Sequence record: SRR16203515_818
Strand: one strand, 5' to 3'
DNA length: 41,191 nt
Below, one piece after another: positions 1 to 8,584 of this stretch. The translations under genes and the position numbers were made by a program. The first letter of the stretch is position 1, and the number at the start of each line of letters is the position of its first letter. Under the pieces are notes generated by a model. That model saw only the letters and a list, made by a program, of their open reading frames with translations. It did not search any database and was not told the origin of the DNA.

Positions 1-516
1 GGCGAACCTTGCAACATTCTTGAAAACGAATATGTTAAACCCGGTAAAGGCCAAGCTTTTAACCGCGTAAAAATTCGTAAACTTATTTCTGGTAAAGTTT
101 TAGAGAAAACCTTCCGCTCAGGTGAGTCAGTAGAAGGCGCAGACGTAATGGATACGGAACTGGCCTACTTGTACACCGACGGTGAATTCTACCACTTTAT
201 GAATAATGATACATTCGAACAAATTGCTGCTGACGAAAAAGCGGTAGGTGACAATGTAAAATGGTTAGTAGAAAACGACGTCTGTACTATTACCCTATGG
301 AACGGTGCGCCTATTACGGTAACGCCACCCAACTTTGTTGAACTGGAAATTACCGAAACCGATCCAGGCCTGAAAGGCGATACCGCAGGTACCGGTGGTA
401 AGCCTGCTACCCTTAGTACAGGTGCAGTGGTTCGCGTGCCTTTATTCGTGCAAACTGGCGAAGTAATTCGTGTCGATACGCGCTCAGGCGAGTACGTTTC
501 GCGAGTACAAAAGTAA
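1..516 (+). CDS. efp: Elongation factor P, 5'-truncated by the window edge
   Basis: Frame 1 is open from base 1 ([20 protein letters not shown]), containing the PGKG modification loop; C-terminus has GDTA...KPATLSTG...VPLF...[13 protein letters not shown]. Confidence 0.97.
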   Translation, partial: GEPCNILENEYVKPGKGQAFNRVKIRKLISGKVLEKTFRSGESVEGADVMDTELAYLYTDGEFYHFMNNDTFEQIAADEKAVGDNVKWLVENDVCTITLWNGAPITVTPPNFVELEITETDPGLKGDTAGTGGKPATLSTGAVVRVPLFVQTGEVIRVDTRSGEYVSRVQK

Positions 517-525
517 TAGCTTAGT

Positions 526-557
526 GCCGGTATTGAACGCTCAATACCGGCTTTTTT
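526..557 (+). terminator. Intrinsic terminator after efp
   Basis: GCCGGTATTGA(526-536)/TCAATACCGGC(541-551), 11-bp stem followed by T6. Confidence 0.85.
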
Positions 558-570
558 CCCTTCATATAAA

Positions 571-1548
571 ATGCTCCCTATGCACCAGTGGCAACCCACA
601 ACTTCTCATGCTAACCGCCTTGAACGGGCCAATTTACTGCGCACTATCCGCGACTTTTTTTATCACCGTAATGTATTAGAAGTAGATACCCCCACCTTGT
701 CACAAGGCACGGTAACCGATGAACATCTCGATGCATTTGTCACCGAGTTTCGCTATGCGTCAACGGGCAACGTTATCCCTTTGTATCTGCAAACCTCACC
801 AGAATACGCCATGAAGCGTTTACTGTGTGCCGATAGCGGCCCTATTTATCAAATCAGCAAGGCATTTCGCCATGAGGGTGAAGGGCGCTGGCATAACCCC
901 GAGTTCACCATGCTTGAATGGTATCGACCTGGCTTCACCCATATTGAGCTGATGGCGGAAGTGGATGCCCTGTTAATGGCTACTCTCGCCACTGAGGCTG
1001 GTGACAAAATCAGCTATCAGCAGGTGTTTATCGATGTATTGCAGATAGACCCGCTGACAGCCTCAAGTCAGGCCCTTAACCATGCAATGAACGCCTGTGG
1101 TATTAATATTGACGCGCCAGAGAGCTTAAGTGATGACAGTAAGTTACAGCTACTTTTCTCGATGGCGATTGAACCTGTAATAGGTCAACAACGGCCCTGT
1201 TTTATCTATGGTTTTCCGGCATCTCAGGCAGCCTTGGCAAAGATCAACGCACAGGATAATCGGGTAGCTGATAGGTTTGAGGTTTACTACCAAGGGGCAG
1301 AATTAGCCAATGGCTTCTACGAGCTATGTGCCCCTGAAGAACAACGCGCTCGTTTTCTTAAGGATAATGAAAAGCGTGTAGCGGCGGGGTTACCGACTAA
1401 ACCAGTTGATGAGCACTTCCTTGCTGCGCTTGAAGCCGGACTACCAGATTGTGCCGGCGTGGCATTAGGCATCGACCGACTCTTGATGATAAAAGTAGGG
1501 GCAGATCATATCAAAGAGGTGATCAACTTCCCGGTAAGCCGCGCATAA
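571..1548 (+). CDS. epmA: EF-P lysine-34 (R)-beta-lysine ligase (start may be ATG 580)
   Basis: LysRS catalytic-domain paralogue motifs YLQTSPEYAMKRLL, HNPEFTMLEWYR, ELANG, GVALGIDRL; adjacent to efp. Confidence 0.96.
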   Translation: MLPMHQWQPTTSHANRLERANLLRTIRDFFYHRNVLEVDTPTLSQGTVTDEHLDAFVTEFRYASTGNVIPLYLQTSPEYAMKRLLCADSGPIYQISKAFRHEGEGRWHNPEFTMLEWYRPGFTHIELMAEVDALLMATLATEAGDKISYQQVFIDVLQIDPLTASSQALNHAMNACGINIDAPESLSDDSKLQLLFSMAIEPVIGQQRPCFIYGFPASQAALAKINAQDNRVADRFEVYYQGAELANGFYELCAPEEQRARFLKDNEKRVAAGLPTKPVDEHFLAALEAGLPDCAGVALGIDRLLMIKVGADHIKEVINFPVSRA

Positions 1549-1617
1549 GGCGCTTCGTACGACTAATACGGTGAACGGTGCGATTAAACGCGGTTGACTT
1601 TTTAGTGCCGATCTTGA

Positions 1618-1640
1618 AGAATGTTATAACATCACATAGT
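1618..1640 (+). promoter_or_regulatory. Putative Zur box
   Basis: ATGTTATA-A-CATCACAT (1621-1637) versus gammaproteobacterial Zur core ATGTTATA-N-TATAACAT (2 mismatches), ~30 bp upstream of a His-rich TBDR. Confidence 0.7.
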
Positions 1641-1667
1641 TAATAATATAGCTTCAAAGGAAACCAC

Positions 1668-4100
1668 ATGAAAATGCGTTCACTGCTTAGCCTTACTATA
1701 GCAGGATTGCTTAGTACGCCTGTGCTAGCCACGACTGTTACGGGTAAAGTAACAGATCCCAGCGGTAAGCCCGTTGTAGGAGCCGAAGTCACCATTGAGG
1801 GCACACGTCGCGTGGCCATTACGGGTGAAGACGGTGTCTATCGATTTGATGACGTTAAGCAACCGCATATTCACTTGCATGTATTTTCTTCCCAATTTAT
1901 TCACGGCGACAATGATTTAGGTAATGTGAATACCGATCAAAACGTCGATTTTGTATTAAAGCCCGCGTCAGTAGAAAATATTGTGGTTACGGCCACCGCA
2001 TTGCAATCGTCGGTGTTAGAGTCGGTCACGCCGGTTACCGTTATTGGCGCTGAAAAGCTACGCAAAATAGAAGCCCCCACGTTAGGCGAAACCTTAAAAA
2101 ATTCCCCAGGGGTGCACAGCACCTACTTTGGTCCGGTTGCCAGCAGCCCAATTATTCGTGGTAACGATGGCCCGCGGGTGAAAATTGTGCAAAATGGTCT
2201 AGATGTTTCAGATGTATCCCGAGTGGGTCCTGATCATAACGTTGCTACCACTATGGCCAGCGCCACCCAGGTAGAAGTGCTCCGTGGCCCGGCTACCTTG
2301 CAATACGGTAGCGGCGCTATTGGTGGTGTAGTGAACGTGGTAGACAAGCGTATTCCTCAATATCAGGTTGACGGTGCAGAAGGTGAGGTAGAAGCCAGTT
2401 ACAGCACGGTTAACGAAGGCAAATACACCCGTGGCGATGTTACCGGCGGGGCGGGGAATTTCGTGTGGCACCTTGATGGTTTTTACCGTGATACCGACAA
2501 TGCGGATATCCCAGGTTATGCCTCCGTCGAGCCAGACGAAGACGAAGAAAAAGGCGTGTTAGAAAGCAGCGCCATGGAAACCACTAACATAGTGGGCGGC
2601 CTATCTTACGTTGCTGAGGAAGGTTATTTTGGCTTTGCTGTGGAGCAACTTGATAACGAATATGGCGTACCCGGTCATAGCCATGCACATGAAGACGAGC
2701 ATGAAGACGAGACGGAAGAAGAACACGAAGAACATGCCGATGAAGAAGGCACAGTGCTTGATATCGACATGACCCGTTATCAGGCGGCAGGGGAGTGGCA
2801 CTCACCGATTGAGGGCCTAACCAATATTAAGTTTGCTGGTGCTTATACAGATTATGAGCATGCTGAAATTGAAGACGGTGAGCCAGGCACAGTATTTACC
2901 AATGAGTCTAGCGATATTCGCCTCTCTTTGTATCATGAAGAAGTGAATGGCTGGCATGGTGTGTTTGGCTTTCAAGCCAACCACAGTAACTATGCGGCAG
3001 TTGGCGAAGAAGCCTATACACCTGCCAATACCACCTCAAGTTACGCATTGTATTTAATTGAGCAAAAAGTGGTGGGCGATGTCACCTTTGAATTAGGCGG
3101 GCGAGTTGAGCGTACCTCCTTTGACGCTGACGACAGTGACGTTGAACTGAACGTGCTGCATGATGAGCATGATGAGGAAAATCACGACGACCATGAAGGC
3201 GAAGAAGAAGAACACGAAGAACATGGTACCGAATTCAGTTTCCCAGAGTATGACTTTACCAGCACCTCGCTATCAGCAGGGGCGAACTGGGAGTATATTG
3301 AAGGTCAGTCGGTGGCGGTTACTCTTTCACGCAGTGAACGTGCGCCTAGCCAACAAGAGCTGTTTTCTGCCGGACAACATTTAGCGACCGAAAGCTACGA
3401 GGTAGGTTTGGTTTTTGATATGGACGATGAAGGTCATATTGAAGAGAACCTACAAGGTGTCAGCGAAGAAGTAAGCACAAACTTAGATGTAACCTTCCGT
3501 AAGTTTACTGGCGACTGGGGCTATAGCGTCTCATTCTTCTATAACCAAGCTGATGATTATATATTCCAAACCAACACTGGGCTGATTGCGCTATCTGAAG
3601 AAGAAGAGCATGAAGAGCATGATGAAGAAGAAGCGCATAGTGATGAAGAGGGGCTGCCGGTTTATTATTTCCAGCAGGCCGATGCCGATATCTGGGGTTT
3701 AGAAGCCGAAGCTTATTTTGACTTAACTAATAATTATCGGGTTACCGTATTTAGTGATTACATCAATGCTGAAGTGGAAGGCGATCACCTACCACGCACG
3801 CCGCCTATGCGTATTGGTAGTGAGTTAAGTTATGTGAATAATGGCTTAAGCGCTAATGTTGGTTTTACTTGGTATGACGATCAAACCGATGTGGCTGACT
3901 TTGAAACCACTACCGACGGTTACACATTGGTGAACGCCAACGTGCAATATGAATTTGCCGGCGAAGGGGTAGATTGGGTAGTATTTGCTAAAGGCAGTAA
4001 CCTCACTGATGAAGAAGCGCGGGTGCATACGTCTTATTTGAAAGATAAAGCGCCGCTTCCAGGCAGAAATATCACCCTTGGGGTAAGAGCGTTATTCTAG
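1668..4100 (+). CDS. TonB-dependent receptor, ZnuD-like (probable Zn uptake), with N-terminal carboxypeptidase-regulatory-like extension
   Basis: Signal peptide; VTGKVTD..GKPVVGAEV extension; ENIVVTA; plug motif EVLRGPATLQYGSGAIGGVVNVV; ERAPSQQELF, ARVHTSYLKD..PLPGRN; C-terminal F; His/Glu tracts. Confidence 0.9.
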   Translation: MKMRSLLSLTIAGLLSTPVLATTVTGKVTDPSGKPVVGAEVTIEGTRRVAITGEDGVYRFDDVKQPHIHLHVFSSQFIHGDNDLGNVNTDQNVDFVLKPASVENIVVTATALQSSVLESVTPVTVIGAEKLRKIEAPTLGETLKNSPGVHSTYFGPVASSPIIRGNDGPRVKIVQNGLDVSDVSRVGPDHNVATTMASATQVEVLRGPATLQYGSGAIGGVVNVVDKRIPQYQVDGAEGEVEASYSTVNEGKYTRGDVTGGAGNFVWHLDGFYRDTDNADIPGYASVEPDEDEEKGVLESSAMETTNIVGGLSYVAEEGYFGFAVEQLDNEYGVPGHSHAHEDEHEDETEEEHEEHADEEGTVLDIDMTRYQAAGEWHSPIEGLTNIKFAGAYTDYEHAEIEDGEPGTVFTNESSDIRLSLYHEEVNGWHGVFGFQANHSNYAAVGEEAYTPANTTSSYALYLIEQKVVGDVTFELGGRVERTSFDADDSDVELNVLHDEHDEENHDDHEGEEEEHEEHGTEFSFPEYDFTSTSLSAGANWEYIEGQSVAVTLSRSERAPSQQELFSAGQHLATESYEVGLVFDMDDEGHIEENLQGVSEEVSTNLDVTFRKFTGDWGYSVSFFYNQADDYIFQTNTGLIALSEEEEHEEHDEEEAHSDEEGLPVYYFQQADADIWGLEAEAYFDLTNNYRVTVFSDYINAEVEGDHLPRTPPMRIGSELSYVNNGLSANVGFTWYDDQTDVADFETTTDGYTLVNANVQYEFAGEGVDWVVFAKGSNLTDEEARVHTSYLKDKAPLPGRNITLGVRALF

Positions 4101-4118
4101 ATAGGAATACGCCATGTA

Positions 4119-4142
4119 GGCAGGCGACAAATGTCGTCTGCC
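4119..4142 (+). terminator. Hairpin after the TBDR (no U-tract; terminator or RNA-stability element)
   Basis: GGCAGGCGACA(4119-4129)/TGTCGTCTGCC(4132-4142) with one G-U pair. Confidence 0.45.
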
Positions 4143-4177
4143 CATTATGCTGCTGACGATAGAAGCTTTTAACCATA

Positions 4178-4828
4178 TTGAAAGGGGATCCGTTGAGTAC
4201 GCACGCACAAGAGCATCTTGTTAATTTCTTATCCACCACACAAGCGCAACATATCGTGTTAGGTTACGGCAGTTTACTTAGCCGCGATAGCCGAGAGCGC
4301 TACTCGCAGATTTTTACCCAAGGCATACCCGTACAGGTAGCAGGCTTTCAACGAGCCTGGGTAACACGCAGTATTGCCGAGCAACAAACCTATGTTGGGG
4401 CCATTGCCGATAGTAATAGTCAGTTGAATGCTCAGCTTATTCCCACCCCTATTAACCCTCAGTTGAAAGATAGGGAAAAAGATTACCGTTTTGTTGAGGT
4501 GAATGCCAAGGCGCTGTCTTTTGCTCATGTCCCTATGACTGAAACTTTAGCGCGTACATTGGACAGTCACACTTTCTGGTTATGTGAAACTTTAGATATC
4601 CTGCCCGCAGATCACCAGTTTCCCGTCAGTCAGACGTACATAGATACGTGCATATCAGGTTGCTTAGAGCATGGTGGAGAAGCCCAGGCACAGGCCTTTG
4701 TTCAGCACACTCAACTATGGGCACACCCTCGTATTAATGACAGGAAAGCGCCTAAGTACCCCCGTGCAGCCAAGGTGGATGAGTCTACACAGCGTAAAAT
4801 TGATGATATTTTGAAGCCGCAGGGTTAA
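4178..4828 (+). CDS. Gamma-glutamylcyclotransferase/ChaC-like fold protein (start uncertain, TTG 4178 or 4193)
   Basis: VLGYGSLL N-terminal motif, GFQRAW, and LKDREKDY acidic motif typical of the GGCT-like fold. Confidence 0.65.
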   Translation: MKGDPLSTHAQEHLVNFLSTTQAQHIVLGYGSLLSRDSRERYSQIFTQGIPVQVAGFQRAWVTRSIAEQQTYVGAIADSNSQLNAQLIPTPINPQLKDREKDYRFVEVNAKALSFAHVPMTETLARTLDSHTFWLCETLDILPADHQFPVSQTYIDTCISGCLEHGGEAQAQAFVQHTQLWAHPRINDRKAPKYPRAAKVDESTQRKIDDILKPQG

Positions 4829-4905
4829 CTCCACCTTGTGCATGGCGTTTCTGCAGCGCTATTATGCCTATCACCGTCGATGAGGGGACACCCCTTAGGA
4901 TCTTA

Positions 4906-5406
4906 ATGAACATTCAGACTACTCGGCTCCAATTACGCCCACTCGACTTCAATGACAGTGGCTGGGTGTTGGCACTTAATCGCGACCCCATGTGGCTAAA
5001 ATACATAGGCTGTAAAGGTATCTTAACCCTCGATGATGCCCGCGACTATATAGCGCAGACCCATGCCCAGCAGCAAGAATGGGGGTATGGATTACTGGCC
5101 ATCGAATGCAAAAAGACCCAACAGCCCCTTGGCGTATGTGGTCTGTTTAATAGATTTGCGTTTAGTTGTCCCGACCTCGGTTTTGCACTGCTTCCTGAAG
5201 GGCGTGGTAAAGGAGTTTGTCTCGAGGCCTGTAGTGGGGTCGTTGGCTGGGCAAAACGCCAGGGTTTTGAGTTCTTAACGGCAATGACCCACCCTGAGAA
5301 TAAAGCCTCTCAACACGTATTGCAGCGTTTAGGGTTTAACCGACGAGGGCACTACTACGACAAAGCGTTTCCCGGACAAACCTTATTTTGGTTAAACCTT
5401 GCTTAA
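4906..5406 (+). CDS. GNAT N-acetyltransferase, RimJ/RimL type
   Basis: TTRLQLRPL, DLGFALLPEGRGKG, PENKASQHVLQRLGF; ATG 4906 follows AGGA. Confidence 0.88.
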   Translation: MNIQTTRLQLRPLDFNDSGWVLALNRDPMWLKYIGCKGILTLDDARDYIAQTHAQQQEWGYGLLAIECKKTQQPLGVCGLFNRFAFSCPDLGFALLPEGRGKGVCLEACSGVVGWAKRQGFEFLTAMTHPENKASQHVLQRLGFNRRGHYYDKAFPGQTLFWLNLA

Positions 5407-5450
5407 CAATACGGCCTCGCCGCAGTAACGGTGAAGCTAGGAGGATCACT

Positions 5451-5912
5451 ATGGAATCATTAGAACTCAAAATCCCACCGGTAGTTGTGGTGGCCATTAG
5501 CGCAGGTGTTATGTGGTTCATTGCCGCTACTATGCCGGGGTTTGGTGTTGACCTACCCGTATCTGATTATTTGGCTCTGATGTTTGCCATCTTAGGGTTT
5601 ACCTTTGCTTTATGTGGGGTCTATGCGTTTCGGAAGGCAGGCACCACGGTTGACCCTAGAGTTCCTCACCAGACAGAAGCTTTGGTGGTCAATGGCGTTT
5701 ATCAGTTTAGTCGTAACCCAATGTACGTGGGCTTTTTACTGGCCCTAATAGGCTGGGGGATTTACTTAACCAACCTCATTAGCTTATTCGTACTTCCTGC
5801 TTTTATCCTCTATATGAATCGGTTTCAAATAGGGCCCGAAGAAAGTTTTATGGGCAATAAATTTGGCCAGGCATATGAGCAATATCAGCAGGCGGTAAGG
5901 CGGTGGCTGTAG
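5451..5912 (+). CDS. Isoprenylcysteine carboxyl methyltransferase (ICMT/PEMT) family membrane protein
   Basis: LVVNGVYQFSRNPMYVG and EE...FGQAYEQYQQAVRRWL motifs; AGGAGG precedes ATG 5451. Confidence 0.88.
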   Translation: MESLELKIPPVVVVAISAGVMWFIAATMPGFGVDLPVSDYLALMFAILGFTFALCGVYAFRKAGTTVDPRVPHQTEALVVNGVYQFSRNPMYVGFLLALIGWGIYLTNLISLFVLPAFILYMNRFQIGPEESFMGNKFGQAYEQYQQAVRRWL

Positions 5913-5942
5913 ACGACTAACGGTTTTTCTCCCCTTATACTT

Positions 5943-6143
5943 TTGTCTAACTTGGTGCAGTTACACTGCATTTTCGTGCAGCACTATTTTCCTCGCGCGC
6001 TTTCTTGTTAGCAGCTTGTTACCATGGTTACAGGTTTTTTGTGACTTTTCTCAGCGCTAAGTGACGAATCGGTCGTTTAACCTTGCTATCGGTTCATTCA
6101 TCTCGATTTTTCTTTGTGCTCATTATTTTGGTACGTCAGTTGA
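5943..6143 (+). promoter_or_regulatory. Possible NtrC half-sites plus a degenerate sigma54 promoter for the TBDR-dipeptidase pair
   Basis: GTGCA half-sites ending at 5959 and 5980 (21 bp apart); TGGTAC-GTCAG-TTGA (6129-6143) versus TGGCAC-N5-TTGC. Confidence 0.35.
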
Positions 6144-6241
6144 GTGTGTGGTGTAAACAACGCACCGCATAGGGAAGTGCGCAGAATAATAACAAGGTCC
6201 ACCCGCACGGGAATATTAACCTGACTGAGATAATAAGAAGT

Positions 6242-8584
6242 ATGACAACAAGACGCACATTTAAACCTTTCACGTTTTCAATTCTAGCTGGTGCTATCAG
6301 CCAAATTTTACTGACCTCGCCGGTTCAGGCGCAATCCGCCGAAGACCCAGAAGCGACACCAGAAGAAAAAATTGTGGTAACCGGCCGACGCGTATCACAA
6401 ACCGACATTGCTATTGGTACCGACGAAGCCACTAATACCTTAGCGGTTAGCCGAGAAGAGCTACTATCCGCACCTTCAGGCATTTCTGGGCTTAAAATGC
6501 TCGAAAGTCTGCCAGGCTTTAACGTACAAACCGATGGTGCGCTAGGCCTATATGAATTTGGAAACTCAGTGCAAGTACGGGCGTTTCAATTAAGTCAGAT
6601 GGGGTTTGTACTTGATGGTATCCCCATGGGGCGTTCTGATGCCTTTGGGGGCAGCCCCATCTTTCGTTATGTCGATAACGAAAACCTAGGTGCAGTTATC
6701 GCCTCCCCTGGGGCGGGCGACGTATCGGCGCCAACTTACGCATCGCTTGGCCCCATAGCCCTGTACAACACAGTGCGTCCCTCTGATGAAATGGGCGGCA
6801 TGGTGGCTATCACCGCTGGTGACTTTGACTTACAACGCACCTTTGTGAAGTTGGAAACCGGTGATATTGATGGCTTTAAAGCCTATGTCAGTCGCTCGAA
6901 AACTGACTCTGAACTATGGCGTGGGCCGGGCACCATAGACCGTGAACATATCGAAGGGAAAGCGCTGTATGAATTTGGCAGTAGCTATATTCGAGCCACC
7001 TACGTTGCAAATGACTTTTTTGACTATGACTCCCCCTCCGCCCCAGCCTCTACTTTTGAAGACGATTATTACTACAGTTATGCAGACAGCATCCCTGAAG
7101 GCTGTATTGGTGCACAAAGCGGTGTCTATGATTTCAATGGCGATGGCAGTATCGATGATAGCGACTTTACGCCCGTATTTACCGGGTCAAATTGCACCAG
7201 TTACTATGAAGATCGCATCAATATTCGTGATGATGAACTTTACTCATTAAGTTTCGGCACCTATTTGACCGACGAAATGCAGCTTGATATTACCGCATAC
7301 CACGAAGCAAAAGATGGCTATGGAGTGTCACCGGATAGCTATACCAACACCTTAAGTATCTATACCGGCCAAGCAGCAGCGGGATTAGATGTTGTGCACC
7401 CTCGCGGCGTACAATATGGCTTATCTACCGTGGGCGGCGAACGTGATGGCCTAGTCGCGGGGGTAACCTGGTTTTTAGGTGAGCACAAAATTGAATTTGG
7501 TGGTTGGGTAGAAGATGACACTTATAACCGCACGCAGGCGCGCTACAATAAAGTCGGTGGCAGTGCCGATGGAGCGGTGATAGAAGACGAAGTGGCCTAT
7601 TATCGCCGAGACTATACCGCGGTGCGCGAAACCACTCAGCTTTATATCAAGGATAACTTTGCTCTGTTAGATGAGGACTTATTACTGGAAGTAGGCTTTA
7701 AGTCGCTCTCGGTGGATTACTCCCTTGAAGGCTATCGTGATTATGATGATTATGAAATAGATGGTGAGTTAGGGTATGGCCCCCAATCAGTAGCCGCTGA
7801 ATACAGCGATAATTTTTTACCTATGGTTGGTGCGGTTTACCGACTGAATAATACCGATCAGTTGTTTGCCTCTGTGGCGCAAAACTTTGCTCTGCCCGCA
7901 GGCACCGATGATATCTTCGATAATGCGGTAGGGTTTAATGCTGAGGCACCAAAAGGGGAAGAAGCCGATAACTATGAGTTAGGCTTTCGTACCAATCGGG
8001 AAACCTATAACGGGGCGGTAGCCTTGTTTTACACTCGTTTTGACAACCGCTTAGTGGCGAGCAGTGTCATTAACCCCGCTACCCAGCAGCCTGAGACCTT
8101 CTATGTCAATGCCGGCGCTTCCAAGGCATATGGTATTGAGTTTAGCGGCGTGTTCCAGCCTCAGGCCTTCGATCGCAAGCTCTACTTTAATGCTAACGTG
8201 TCGTACAAGCGCGCCGAGCTAGTGGATGGCTTTGCGAGTAACCCAGCCGGCAGTCAACTACCCGACAGCCCAGAGTGGTTATTAACGGGTGGTGTGACGT
8301 ATGAGCCAACGGAATGGTTAGTGGCTAACTTGTCGGCTAAATACACAGATACCCGTTATACCGATTTCAATGAAACCTATGAGCTAGAAAGCTACCTAGT
8401 GGCGCAGGCCTACGTTGATATTGGGGGGCCAAACAACTTTGGCATGCCAGAAAATATGCGTTTGCGTTTTAATGTGGATAACTTGTTCGACAAGCAGGTG
8501 ATGTCCTTTGGCTTTACCGGGTCATCTTATGGGCGACCGCTGAGTCCTCGTACCTTCCAAGCAACTCTGACGGTAGATTTTTAA
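6242..8584 (+). CDS. TonB-dependent receptor, substrate unknown (possibly peptide or organic N)
   Basis: Signal peptide; EKIVVTG TonB-box-like; plug LDGIPM; C-terminal NVDNLFDK...PRTFQATLTVDF. Confidence 0.9.
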   Translation: MTTRRTFKPFTFSILAGAISQILLTSPVQAQSAEDPEATPEEKIVVTGRRVSQTDIAIGTDEATNTLAVSREELLSAPSGISGLKMLESLPGFNVQTDGALGLYEFGNSVQVRAFQLSQMGFVLDGIPMGRSDAFGGSPIFRYVDNENLGAVIASPGAGDVSAPTYASLGPIALYNTVRPSDEMGGMVAITAGDFDLQRTFVKLETGDIDGFKAYVSRSKTDSELWRGPGTIDREHIEGKALYEFGSSYIRATYVANDFFDYDSPSAPASTFEDDYYYSYADSIPEGCIGAQSGVYDFNGDGSIDDSDFTPVFTGSNCTSYYEDRINIRDDELYSLSFGTYLTDEMQLDITAYHEAKDGYGVSPDSYTNTLSIYTGQAAAGLDVVHPRGVQYGLSTVGGERDGLVAGVTWFLGEHKIEFGGWVEDDTYNRTQARYNKVGGSADGAVIEDEVAYYRRDYTAVRETTQLYIKDNFALLDEDLLLEVGFKSLSVDYSLEGYRDYDDYEIDGELGYGPQSVAAEYSDNFLPMVGAVYRLNNTDQLFASVAQNFALPAGTDDIFDNAVGFNAEAPKGEEADNYELGFRTNRETYNGAVALFYTRFDNRLVASSVINPATQQPETFYVNAGASKAYGIEFSGVFQPQAFDRKLYFNANVSYKRAELVDGFASNPAGSQLPDSPEWLLTGGVTYEPTEWLVANLSAKYTDTRYTDFNETYELESYLVAQAYVDIGGPNNFGMPENMRLRFNVDNLFDKQVMSFGFTGSSYGRPLSPRTFQATLTVDF

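Noticed and set aside
2676-3660. GAA/GAT/CAT-rich repeats as a CRISPR or DNA repeat element
   Set aside because: They are codon-level low complexity from His/Glu tracts, with no constant repeat-spacer period.
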